Source of the DNA: Sphingobacteriia bacterium RIFOXYC2_FULL_35_18
Lineage (GTDB): Bacteria; Bacteroidota; Bacteroidia; Chitinophagales; Chitinophagaceae
Direction of reading: 5' to 3'
DNA: 64,000 bases
Assembly (NCBI GenBank): GCA_001829005.1
Contig: MIAG01000001.1
Span: 709,007-773,006, forward strand
Below, piece by piece: positions 55,511-64,000 of the stretch. Within the stretch, counting starts at the first letter, position 1; each line of letters starts with the position of its first letter. A program made the position numbers and the translations under genes. Below the pieces are notes generated by a model. The model ran no database searches. It was not told the DNA's origin and saw only the letters and a list, made by a program, of their open reading frames with translations.

Positions 55511-57091
55511 TTATTTTACACCCGGTTGCTTTAACTGCCAACCTGTTTTCTTTTTTTCTGCATCCACCATTTCTTTTACATCGGCTAATAATTTCTTAGC
55601 ATCATAAACAATTCCGTCTTTGATGGTGTAGACTACTCCGCCTTTACGAATGATTTCATTCTGGTCATTTAATTCAATAGCTCCTGTGCCATAGAAGTAT
55701 TGTAAATTCTTTAAAGGGTTACCATCTACCACACATAAGTCTGCTAACTTGCCTGGCTCTATCGTTCCTAATTCTTTGTCTACTCCTAATGCTTGTGATG
55801 CGTGCATGGTTGCAGCGCGTATCACTTCTAGCGGCTGAAATCCCGCTTCGCGTAACAATTCTAATTCTCTAACAAATCCAAATCCATACAATTGATAAAT
55901 GAATCCATTGTCTGATCCAGCTGTAACTCTTCCACCTCTATTTTTATATTCATTAATAAATGTCATCCACAATTTGTAATTGTTTTTCCATTCTATTTCT
56001 TGTTCTGTTCCCCAGCTATGCCAATATGATCCGTGTGACACCCTGCTTGGTTCATAAAATTTCCAAAGAGAAGGGAGTGTATAATCTTCGTGCCATTCTG
56101 CTCTACGCGCACGCATCAAATCTCTATTGGCTTCATAAATATTCATCGTAGGATCTAATGTGAAGTCTGCAGCAATTAATTCATTCATTACTTTATTCCA
56201 TTTCTCGCTATAAGGCGCTGCTGCTTGTTTCCACAGCTTTCCTGCTTCTTCAAAACGATGTTGTTCGTTATTGTAATTATAATCGGCTGGATAGTTTTGC
56301 AATGTGCCATTTTCTAACATGGCTTCTGGTAAACCATACCAATGTTCCATGCTGGTCATACCTGCTTTTGCAGACTGTACTACATTCCATCTTGCTACAT
56401 CTAATTGTGCATGATGCGCTGTACTTCTTAATCCCAATTTTTTATTTTCTCTTATTGCTGCATCCATCACTTCTGGCGATGCGCCAAAAAATTTAATTCC
56501 ATCTGCACCTTTTGCTGCATTATCATTTACCCATGCCTTTGCTTGTTCGGCATTGATGATGGGGCTTTTGCTACCTTGTCCAAAAGCAGTATATGCATGA
56601 ATACGCGGTGCAGTAATGCTATTGGCTGCACTTTTCTTTTTATGGTCTAATACCCATTCCAATCCATTACCAGCAGATGGGTCACGTATAGTAGTAATTC
56701 CGTGCGCCATCCATAATTTAAACACATATTCTGCTGGGGTGCCTTGGGCTCTGCCTCCAATATGACCGTGCATATCAATTAACCCTGGTAAAACATATTT
56801 GCCACTGCAATCAATTTCTTTTCCTCCTGCTTTAAGTGCAGGTCTAGATTTAGGGTCTATAGGCATGCCTGGATTACCTACATTGGCAATACGAACAATC
56901 TTATTATTCTCAATGATAATATCAACAGGCCCATAGGCAGGGGATCCAGTACCATTAATCACCATTGCCCCTCTTAAAATCAATTGGGTATAAGGACCCT
57001 GACCCTCTTTAACCAAGGGTGAAGGGGTAATTTGGGCGCCGACTGTAGTCATGAACAATAGACTCAAAATGGCAAGCAGCATTTTTTGCAT
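55511..57091 (-). CDS. Secreted amidohydrolase-family metallohydrolase
   Basis: Signal peptide from MQKMLLAILSLLFMTTVGAQ (internal ATG of the track ORF) and the metal motif GLIDMHGHIGG. Confidence 0.82.
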   Translation of the reverse strand: MQKMLLAILSLLFMTTVGAQITPSPLVKEGQGPYTQLILRGAMVINGTGSPAYGPVDIIIENNKIVRIANVGNPGMPIDPKSRPALKAGGKEIDCSGKYVLPGLIDMHGHIGGRAQGTPAEYVFKLWMAHGITTIRDPSAGNGLEWVLDHKKKSAANSITAPRIHAYTAFGQGSKSPIINAEQAKAWVNDNAAKGADGIKFFGASPEVMDAAIRENKKLGLRSTAHHAQLDVARWNVVQSAKAGMTSMEHWYGLPEAMLENGTLQNYPADYNYNNEQHRFEEAGKLWKQAAAPYSEKWNKVMNELIAADFTLDPTMNIYEANRDLMRARRAEWHEDYTLPSLWKFYEPSRVSHGSYWHSWGTEQEIEWKNNYKLWMTFINEYKNRGGRVTAGSDNGFIYQLYGFGFVRELELLREAGFQPLEVIRAATMHASQALGVDKELGTIEPGKLADLCVVDGNPLKNLQYFYGTGAIELNDQNEIIRKGGVVYTIKDGIVYDAKKLLADVKEMVDAEKKKTGWQLKQPGVK

Positions 57092-57188
57092 ACAAAAGAT
57101 TTTGATGAAGTTAAGGCGCAAAAGCCAATTGCTAATCACTCTTGCCCAATGGGTGATAAGGCTTATCTTTGCCCCCCAAATTAAATAC

Positions 57189-57839
57189 ATGAAGTTTTAT
57201 AATACTATTATCAAGTATCGTTTCTGGCTAAGCCTTTTGGCCTTGGTTGCTGCTGCAGGGGTCAATTATTCAAGTGGTTTTTGGCCTGCTTTCATCCTTT
57301 ATTTTGTTGGGGTGATTGGATTAGCCAGCCATTTTTTCATCGGCCCTTTGCGTTTGATTCAAGAACCAATGGAAAGAGGGGATATGGAAGAAGTAGAGCG
57401 TATCCTCAACACAGTTTGGTACCCTAATTTATTGTACAAGCCTGTACGTTCAACTTATTATACCATCAAGGGCAATATGGCCATGATGAAGCAAGATTTT
57501 GATAGTGCCGAAAAGCATTTGAAAAAAAGTTCTGAGTTAGGATCACCCATGCCTGAAGCAGAAGGTGCAAACAAACTTCAATTAGGAATGATGAGTATGC
57601 AACGTGGTGACCTTAAGCAAGGGGAAAGCTATATTAGGGCTGCTATTAGAGCAGGTATTGCAGACAAAGAAAGTGAAGCGGTTGCATACATTAGTATGTG
57701 TCAAATCTTTATGAATAAGAGAGAATTCAGGGCTGCAAAAGATTATTTTAGAAGAGCAAAAGCTTGCAAGCCTACCACTAAACAAGTGGTTGATCAAATT
57801 AAAGAAGTAGAGAAATATATTTCTCGCATGCCAGGATAA
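57189..57839 (+). CDS. Membrane protein with a TPR-like C-terminal region
   Basis: Start MKFYNTIIKYRFWLSLLALVAAAG (internal ATG of the track ORF), then two TM helices and helical repeats. Confidence 0.65.
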   Translation: MKFYNTIIKYRFWLSLLALVAAAGVNYSSGFWPAFILYFVGVIGLASHFFIGPLRLIQEPMERGDMEEVERILNTVWYPNLLYKPVRSTYYTIKGNMAMMKQDFDSAEKHLKKSSELGSPMPEAEGANKLQLGMMSMQRGDLKQGESYIRAAIRAGIADKESEAVAYISMCQIFMNKREFRAAKDYFRRAKACKPTTKQVVDQIKEVEKYISRMPG

Positions 57840-57841
57840 TC

Positions 57842-58315
57842 ATGCTTCAAATAAAACATATTACAACAGAGGGTGCCGAGCTGGAAACAGCCCGGCATTT
57901 GTTTAAAGAGTATTCCGATGAATTGGCTGTAGATCTTTGTTTTCAAAGCTTTGACGCTGAGTTGAAAGATCCATTAAAAAAATATGGCCAACCACATGGC
58001 AGTCTTTTATTAGCCTATTTCAATGGTGTTGCTGTTGGCTCTGTTGCATTACAGCAACTACCTGAGGAAGGCGCTTGTGAAATGAAAAGATTGTATGTAC
58101 AACCAGCATTTAGAAAATATAAAATTGGAGATGCATTGGTAGCAGAAATAGTCAAAGAAGCAAAAAGAATGGGCTATTCAAAAATGAAATTAGATACTTT
58201 AGAAAGATTACAAGCTGCCATTCATTTATACCTTAAACATGGGTTTGAAATCACTACTGCCTATTACCACAATCCCTTGCCTGAAGTGGTTTACATGGAA
58301 AAAGTACTAAGCTAA
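57842..58315 (+). CDS. GNAT-family N-acetyltransferase
   Basis: An acetyl-CoA-binding-like segment (RLYVQPAFRKYKIGDALV) in a 157-aa protein. Confidence 0.8.
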   Translation: MLQIKHITTEGAELETARHLFKEYSDELAVDLCFQSFDAELKDPLKKYGQPHGSLLLAYFNGVAVGSVALQQLPEEGACEMKRLYVQPAFRKYKIGDALVAEIVKEAKRMGYSKMKLDTLERLQAAIHLYLKHGFEITTAYYHNPLPEVVYMEKVLS

Positions 58316-58879
58316 TTTTTTTAACAAATTCTCAATCACCACAGGAAAATGCACGTGCTCCAATGCATGAATTTTAGTAGCTAAACTAGATGGGGTATCC
58401 GTAGGTTCTATGCTGCATTTGGCTTGAAAAATTATATCGCCTTCATCATAATGTGCATCCACATAATGTATAGTTATACCACTTTCTTTTTCTCCTGCTG
58501 CAATCACCGCTTCATGCACAAAATTTCCATACATGCCTTTGCCCCCGTAATTGGGTAATAATGCAGGATGTATATTAATGATTCGATTGGGGTATGCTTC
58601 AATCAGTGTTTCAGGAATTTTCCAAAGAAATCCAGCCAGTACAATAAAATTAATTCCTCTCAATTTGAGTTCGTTCACACAATCTTCCGTTTCGTAAAAG
58701 CTATTTCGATTAATAAGCAGGGTGTCTATATGAGCGGCGGCTGCAATCCCCAAAACCCCTGCTTCTTTTTTATTTGAAACAATTAGGTTGATCATAACTG
58801 CCTTGTTACTGGCAAAATGTTCAATTATTTTGGCTGCATTAGATCCTGCACCTGATGCAAAAATGGCCAGTTTTACCAT
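58307..58879 (-). CDS. purN: Phosphoribosylglycinamide formyltransferase
   Basis: FASGAGSNA and INIHPALLP motifs. Confidence 0.9.
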   Translation of the reverse strand: MVKLAIFASGAGSNAAKIIEHFASNKAVMINLIVSNKKEAGVLGIAAAAHIDTLLINRNSFYETEDCVNELKLRGINFIVLAGFLWKIPETLIEAYPNRIINIHPALLPNYGGKGMYGNFVHEAVIAAGEKESGITIHYVDAHYDEGDIIFQAKCSIEPTDTPSSLATKIHALEHVHFPVVIENLLKKLA

Positions 58880-58883
58880 GTTT

Positions 58884-59165
58884 TTACTGCTTTTTGGTCA
58901 TTTTTTCCTTGATTCTGCCTAAATATCGCTTGAAAAAGCTGAATTGGCCAAATGGCACACTTACCAGTAAAACGCAGAATGGCCAAAGAATGGTTACTAC
59001 AATTATGTAAATGATAAAGTAGATGATGCCTCGCTCTAAACTGGTAAAAGAAAGCAATTGTCTTCCTAAGTAACCGCATAAGCTGCCTCCTAATGCAAAT
59101 GTGGTAAAGATGAGTGTAAACTGAAGCCAGCTTACTTGCCATTTATTTTTTAAACGATGCAGCAT
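58884..59165 (-). CDS. Small two-to-three-helix membrane protein
   Basis: 93-aa hydrophobic ORF directly upstream of purN on the same strand. The overlapping 58873..59142 ORF is judged a frame shadow. Confidence 0.55.
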   Translation of the reverse strand: MLHRLKNKWQVSWLQFTLIFTTFALGGSLCGYLGRQLLSFTSLERGIIYFIIYIIVVTILWPFCVLLVSVPFGQFSFFKRYLGRIKEKMTKKQ

Positions 59166-59351
59166 GGCTGCAAAAGTGCTTTAAATTTTCCATTTCATGA
59201 CAATTGAAATCGCCTGATTTGTTGAACTCATTGAAAATTAAGTGGCATATAGATAAAAAAATTTTTTCCCTATTGCGTAATTGTCACAATCCTATCATAT
59301 TTTTGCTTCCGTTTAAGGATATTTTTCCACACCAGAACCATCGTTGTGCAT

Positions 59352-60608
59352 ATGATATTGTCTAGATCCATAGCAAAAGCCAGCATTGCCGCTTTTTTAT
59401 TTTTTGTGAGTCTGAGTTTCAGTGTAGCCGCCAATGCTCAGGACGGTAAGGCGCTTTTCAGCGCCAATTGTGCGTCTTGTCATGCTCCACATAAGAAATT
59501 GGCTGGTCCTGCCCTTGCAGGTGTAGAGTCTCGTTGGTCCAGTAAGGAAAACTTATACTCCTGGATTAGAAACAGCGCAGCTTTCCTTAAAACAGGAGAT
59601 GCCTATGCAAATAACTTGTACAATGAGTACAATAAAATTGCAATGAACGCTTTCCCTACCTTAAAGGATGCGGAAATTGATGCGATTCTGACTTACATTA
59701 ATAGCGTACCTGATCCTTCTAAAGCACCTGTTGCTGGTGAAGGCGCTGGAGCTGCTGCTAATGTTGAGGCAGACAATTCTTTACTATTTGGTATTTTAAC
59801 CTTGATTTTAGCTGTTGTTGCTCTAATCATGTTACAGGTTAATTCTAATCTTAAAAAATTAGCCGACGATAAAACTGGCCAACCTGCTTTAGAGCCAATC
59901 CCATTCTGGAGAAACAAAGCGTATATCGCAATGGTTACTGTTGTATTATTTGTAGTGGGTGGTTATTTAACTACAAAAGGTGCAATGGCTTATGGTAGAA
60001 GCCAAGATTATCAACCAGAACAACCTATTTATTACTCTCACGCAGTGCATGCTGGTACCAACCAAATCAACTGTCAATATTGTCATACAGGTGCTGCTCA
60101 AGGAAAGCAAGCAACTATTCCTTCTGTTAACGTTTGTATGAACTGTCACCAAGCCATCAACGAGTACAAAGGAGAAAAAATGTACAATGAAGCGGGCGAA
60201 GAAGTAGATGGTACTGCAGAAATCAAGAAATTATACAAATACGCTGGTTTTGAAGAAGGTAAACCTTGGGATCCTAGTAAGGCCAAACCAATTGAGTGGG
60301 TTCGTATCCACAATTTACCTGATCACGTTTATTTCAACCACGCTCAACACGTAAAAGCAGGCCAAGTTGCTTGTCAAACTTGTCATGGTGAAATTCAGAA
60401 AATGGGTGAAGTAAAACAATTTACCGACCTAAGCATGGGCTGGTGTGTAAACTGTCACCGCGAAACCAAAGTTCAATTCAAAGACAATGGTTTTTATAGC
60501 ATCTACGAAAAATACCATGCAGATTTAAAGAGTGGTAAAATTGATAGCACCAAAGGAATCACTGTTGAAAAAATTGGTGGTACCGAGTGTCAGAAGTGTC
60601 ACTACTAG
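59352..60608 (+). CDS. actA: Alternative complex III ActA-like multihaem cytochrome c with an extra N-terminal monohaem domain
   Basis: Six CXXCH motifs (CASCH, CQYCH, CMNCH, CQTCH, CVNCH, CQKCH) with a TM helix between the first domain and the rest. The track start is a GTG at 59346. Confidence 0.8.
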   Translation: MILSRSIAKASIAAFLFFVSLSFSVAANAQDGKALFSANCASCHAPHKKLAGPALAGVESRWSSKENLYSWIRNSAAFLKTGDAYANNLYNEYNKIAMNAFPTLKDAEIDAILTYINSVPDPSKAPVAGEGAGAAANVEADNSLLFGILTLILAVVALIMLQVNSNLKKLADDKTGQPALEPIPFWRNKAYIAMVTVVLFVVGGYLTTKGAMAYGRSQDYQPEQPIYYSHAVHAGTNQINCQYCHTGAAQGKQATIPSVNVCMNCHQAINEYKGEKMYNEAGEEVDGTAEIKKLYKYAGFEEGKPWDPSKAKPIEWVRIHNLPDHVYFNHAQHVKAGQVACQTCHGEIQKMGEVKQFTDLSMGWCVNCHRETKVQFKDNGFYSIYEKYHADLKSGKIDSTKGITVEKIGGTECQKCHY

Positions 60609-60692
60609 TTCTTAAAAGTTTAAAAAGGGTTGTTTAAATATATCATTCGAACGTGGAGTCCGCTCGCGGTTTCCAACTGTTAATCAATAATT

Positions 60693-63600
60693 ATGGAGCA
60701 AAAAAAGCACTGGCAAAGTTTTGGAGAGCTGAATCAGTCTGCAGCGTTTAACAAGGATGTAAAAGACGAATTCAATGAAGAACTACCTATTGTAGAAGAT
60801 GAAAGCAAAAGCTTTCTCGAAGCAAAGGCTCCCCGTCGCGACTTCTTGAAATATTTAGGTTTTAGTACAGCCGCCGCAGCTGCAGCAGCAAGTTGTGAAA
60901 TGCCTGTAAAAAAGGCCATTCCATTTGCCAATAAGCCTGAAGACGTTGTGCCTGGTATTTCTAAATACTATGCAACCACATATGTACAAGATGGAGATAC
61001 CGTTAGTATCTTGGCTAAAGTACGTGATGGTCGCCCTATAAAAATTGAAGGAAACGATCTTTGTCCTATTACCAAAGGAGGTACTTCTGCTCGTGTTCAA
61101 GCATCGGTACTTGATTTATATGATACTTCACGTTTACGTTTCCCTACCATTGATGGTAAGGAAGTAACTTTTGAAGCTGCTGATAAAGCAGTTGCTGCAC
61201 AAATGGGCGGTAATATTGTTTTATTAACTAGCACAATTAATTCTCCATCAACACAAGCAGTGATTGCACAATTCTTGGCTAAATATCCAGGAAGCAAACA
61301 TGTTACGTATGATGCGGTTTCATACAGCGCCATGTTATTGGCCAATGAAGCTACTTATGGTGTTCGTGGAATTCCTTCTTACCATTTTGAAAATGCAAAA
61401 GCAATTGTAAGCTTAGGTGCAGATTTCTTAGGTACTTGGTTAAATCCAGTTGAGTTTTCTAGACAGTATGCTACTGGTAAAAAATTAGACGAGAAGAATC
61501 CTAGCATGAGCAAGCATATTCAATTCGAATCTGTTGCTTCATTAACTGGGTCTAACGCAGATGAAAAATATTTACACCGTCCTTCTGAAACCCTTGCTAT
61601 TGCTGCTGCTTTATTGAGTGCAGTAAATGGTACTGGAGTTACTGGTATTGCAGATGCAAAATTGAAAGCAGGTGTGGAAGCTGCTGCAAAAGCATTGAAT
61701 GCACATAAGGGTGCGGCATTAGTTGTTGCTGGAAGCAATGATGTAAATGTTCAAATAATTGTAAATGCAATTAACAACGCCATTGGTGCTGGTGGTTCTA
61801 CCATCAACTGGGGTGTTTTATTAAATACACGCGCTGGTGTTGATGCCAATTTTGCTCAACTAGTAGCCGATATGAATGCAGGTTCTGTTGGAACTTTATT
61901 GATTCACGGTGCAAACCCTGCTTATAGCTGGTTTGCGGCTGATCAGTTTAAAGCTGGTTTAGCAAAAGTGAAGACGACTGTATCTTTTTCAGGTAAAGTA
62001 GACGAAACTGCTGAATTATGTAAGTTCGTTTTACCTGACAATCATTTCTTAGAAAGTTGGGGTGATGCGGAAGCAAAAACTGGTCACTTCTCTTTTATAC
62101 AACCTACTATTTATCCTTTATTCAAAACACGTCAGTGGCAAGACAGTCTATTAAAGTGGAGTGGTGCTACTGAAGATTATTTAGCTTATTTAAAGAATTT
62201 CTGGTCAGCTAAATTAGGCGGTGTTAATGGTTGGGATAAAGCTTTGCAAGATGGTGTTGTTGCCTTAGGTGAATCAGCTACTAAACCTGGAACCTTTAAT
62301 GGCACTGCAGTTGCGGGTGCATTGGCAGCTGCTTCTTCTGCTAAGAAAGGTGGTAAAGTAGAATTAGTATTATATGAAAAAGTGGGGATTGGTGCTGGTC
62401 AAGGTGCAAGTAACCCATGGTTACAAGAATTACCTGATCCTGTAACTAGAGCTACTTGGGATAACTATTTAGTTGTTTCTCCAGCAATGGCTAAAACTTT
62501 ATTAGGTATTGATATCAGCAACGGTGGTCAAGCGGATGCTTATGAGGTTAACCCTCCTAAGAAGGTCGTGAAGATTACTGTTGGTCAAAAATCAATTGAA
62601 TTACCTGCCCTAATTGTACCAGGTACACACCCTGAAACAGTAGGTATTGCAGTAGGTTACGGCCGCAGCGAAAAAGTAGGTAAATCTGCAGCTGGTGTAG
62701 GTAAGAATGCTTTTGCTTTGGCATCTTTAAGTGGTTCTTCTGTTAACTTCTCTAATGGTGAAGTAAGCTTAACACTTACTGAAGAAACTTATCCTGTTGC
62801 ATTAACTCAAACACATAGCCGTTATGATACTGAACAAGGTAATCGTACGGAAGTTGTAAAAGAATTAAGCTTAGCTGCATATAAACATCACCCAACTGAA
62901 ATTCGCGATGAGCGTGACAAGGAATTAAAACCTTGGGGTGGTTTAGAAAAATTTGAATCTCAAGGAACCTTATATCCTGTATTTGAAAGACCTGGAATTA
63001 AATGGGGAATGAGTGTAGACTTAAATACTTGTACTGGTTGTGGTGCTTGCGTAGTAGCATGTAACGCAGAAAACAACGTTTCAGTTGTGGGTAAGCCAGA
63101 AGTATTACGTGGTCATGAAATGCATTGGTTGCGTATTGATCGTTACTACAGTGGCGATTTAGAAAATCCAAATGTAGTTTTCCAACCATTAATGTGTCAG
63201 CATTGCGACAACGCTCCTTGCGAAAACGTTTGTCCGGTAGCTGCTACCAACCACAGCAGTGAAGGATTAAACCAAATGACTTATAACCGTTGTATTGGTA
63301 CAAGATATTGCGCCAACAACTGTCCTTATAAAGTACGTCGTTTTAACTGGGCCGATTACACAGGTTCTGATAGCTTTGGTGATAACCAAAAAGGTATCGT
63401 TAACGATGTTGTTTTAGATATGAACGACGACTTAACTAGAATGGTGTTGAATCCAGATGTTACTGTTCGTGCTAGAGGAGTTATTGAAAAATGTTCTTTC
63501 TGCGTTCAGCGTTTACAAGAAGGTAAGTTAAAGGCGAAGAAAGACAGTCGTCCATTAAGCGATAGCGATGTTAAAGTGGCTTGTCAACAAGCTTGCCCTA

Positions 63601-63803
63601 CTAATGCGATTACTTTCGGTAACGCCAACAGCAAGGAAAGTGCTATCACCATTGCAAGACAAGAAAATCCGAATCGTCAGTTCTATGTGTTAGAAATGTT
63701 GCACGTATTACCAGGAGTTACTTATCTAGCTAAAGTGAGAAACACCGATGATATGCCTCATCACGAAGATGCTGAAGCAAAAACAGAAAAAGCACACGGA
63801 TAA
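60693..63803 (+). CDS. actB: Alternative complex III ActB (molybdopterin-oxidoreductase-like + 4Fe-4S ferredoxin domains, Tat signal)
   Basis: Tat motif RRDFLKYLGF and C-terminal Cys clusters CTGCGACVVAC, CQHCDNAPC and CIGTRYCANNCP. Confidence 0.85.
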   Translation: MEQKKHWQSFGELNQSAAFNKDVKDEFNEELPIVEDESKSFLEAKAPRRDFLKYLGFSTAAAAAAASCEMPVKKAIPFANKPEDVVPGISKYYATTYVQDGDTVSILAKVRDGRPIKIEGNDLCPITKGGTSARVQASVLDLYDTSRLRFPTIDGKEVTFEAADKAVAAQMGGNIVLLTSTINSPSTQAVIAQFLAKYPGSKHVTYDAVSYSAMLLANEATYGVRGIPSYHFENAKAIVSLGADFLGTWLNPVEFSRQYATGKKLDEKNPSMSKHIQFESVASLTGSNADEKYLHRPSETLAIAAALLSAVNGTGVTGIADAKLKAGVEAAAKALNAHKGAALVVAGSNDVNVQIIVNAINNAIGAGGSTINWGVLLNTRAGVDANFAQLVADMNAGSVGTLLIHGANPAYSWFAADQFKAGLAKVKTTVSFSGKVDETAELCKFVLPDNHFLESWGDAEAKTGHFSFIQPTIYPLFKTRQWQDSLLKWSGATEDYLAYLKNFWSAKLGGVNGWDKALQDGVVALGESATKPGTFNGTAVAGALAAASSAKKGGKVELVLYEKVGIGAGQGASNPWLQELPDPVTRATWDNYLVVSPAMAKTLLGIDISNGGQADAYEVNPPKKVVKITVGQKSIELPALIVPGTHPETVGIAVGYGRSEKVGKSAAGVGKNAFALASLSGSSVNFSNGEVSLTLTEETYPVALTQTHSRYDTEQGNRTEVVKELSLAAYKHHPTEIRDERDKELKPWGGLEKFESQGTLYPVFERPGIKWGMSVDLNTCTGCGACVVACNAENNVSVVGKPEVLRGHEMHWLRIDRYYSGDLENPNVVFQPLMCQHCDNAPCENVCPVAATNHSSEGLNQMTYNRCIGTRYCANNCPYKVRRFNWADYTGSDSFGDNQKGIVNDVVLDMNDDLTRMVLNPDVTVRARGVIEKCSFCVQRLQEGKLKAKKDSRPLSDSDVKVACQQACPTNAITFGNANSKESAITIARQENPNRQFYVLEMLHVLPGVTYLAKVRNTDDMPHHEDAEAKTEKAHG

Positions 63804-63868
63804 TTTTTTAAGAAATTGAAATAACCAGATGCTGCTCTCGGGCAGATCAAGGACCAAAATAAGAACAG

Positions 63869-64000
63869 ATGCATTTAAAGTACGAATCACAGCTCAGGGA
63901 ACCACTGGTGTATGGAGATAAAACATACAAGCAGGTAACAGAAGACATAGTTCGCCCTATTGAAGCCAAGCCTACCAAATTATGGTATGTAGGTTTTTAT
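63869..64000 (+). CDS. actC: Alternative complex III ActC (NrfD/PsrC-like membrane subunit), 5' part only
   Basis: Hand translation gives MHLKYESQLREPLVYGDKTYKQVTEDIVRPIEAKPTKLWYVGFY, open to the window end. Its position after actB fits the ACIII gene order. Confidence 0.65.
   Translation, partial: MHLKYESQLREPLVYGDKTYKQVTEDIVRPIEAKPTKLWYVGFY

Noticed and set aside
58873-59142. An 89-aa minus-strand ORF overlapping 58884..59165 in another frame.
   Set aside because: The alternative frame gives a coherent multi-helix membrane protein. This frame is Arg/His/Leu-rich and is likely a shadow.
59166-59345. Short palindromes (TTGTCACAA, and TGACAATT/AATTGTCA about 90 nt apart) upstream of the ACIII operon, considered as a possible FNR/CRP-type site.
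   Set aside because: They do not match TTGAT-N4-ATCAA or TGTGA-N6-TCACA, and they are too short to distinguish from chance in A+T-rich DNA.
1-64000. A search by eye for CRISPR arrays, rRNA genes, insertion sequences, transposases, integrases and prophage genes.
   Set aside because: I saw no regularly spaced direct repeats of CRISPR type, no rRNA-like sequence and no DDE, tyrosine- or serine-recombinase-like ORFs. The only RNA gene found is tRNA-Arg at 55385..55456.

Overview
This 64-kb segment looks like a Bacteroidota (Sphingobacteriia/Chitinophagia-like) chromosome. The signs are no Shine-Dalgarno sequences, DUF4369/TlpA-like secreted proteins, a split metH and an alternative complex III operon. 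All calls rest on my reading of the supplied translations and the DNA; no searches were run.

The window splits into two parts.

(1) Nt 1 to about 12,400 is a visibly A+T-richer accessory locus.
- It encodes three Cys-rich peptides with conserved 23-aa double-glycine leaders. One of them (936..1115) falls below the ORF-track size cutoff.
- Export genes are a C39-peptidase ABC exporter and a HlyD-type adaptor.
- The locus also carries its own disulfide machinery. There are two paralogous three-domain fusion proteins (non-catalytic C39-like domain + VKOR + thioredoxin) and three divergent TlpA-like WCxPC thioredoxins, each next to one peptide gene.
- The locus shows a tandem cassette duplication, a decayed remnant of a second ABC/HlyD pair, hairpins directly after two of the three precursor genes, and a G6-TA-A4-TA-C6 hairpin element seen only here.
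- This is the most interesting system in the window.

(2) The rest is mostly housekeeping.
- Core genes: split metH, yceI-like, recR, serC, DUF1015, an acyl-CoA ligase and a response-regulator/PAS/kinase hybrid.
- A 13-gene leuACDB-ilvEDBNCA-thrABC array follows, preceded by a strong orphan terminator hairpin that may be an attenuator.
- Then come an M20 hydrolase, an MFS sugar porter, several secreted hypothetical proteins and a GDE-like glycosidase.
- Further along are a HisKA-only membrane sensor, a small-protein/nucleotidyltransferase pair, tRNA-Arg(CCT), an amidohydrolase, a GNAT gene, purN and the start of an ACIII (actABC) operon.

I saw no CRISPR array, rRNA gene, transposase or integrase.
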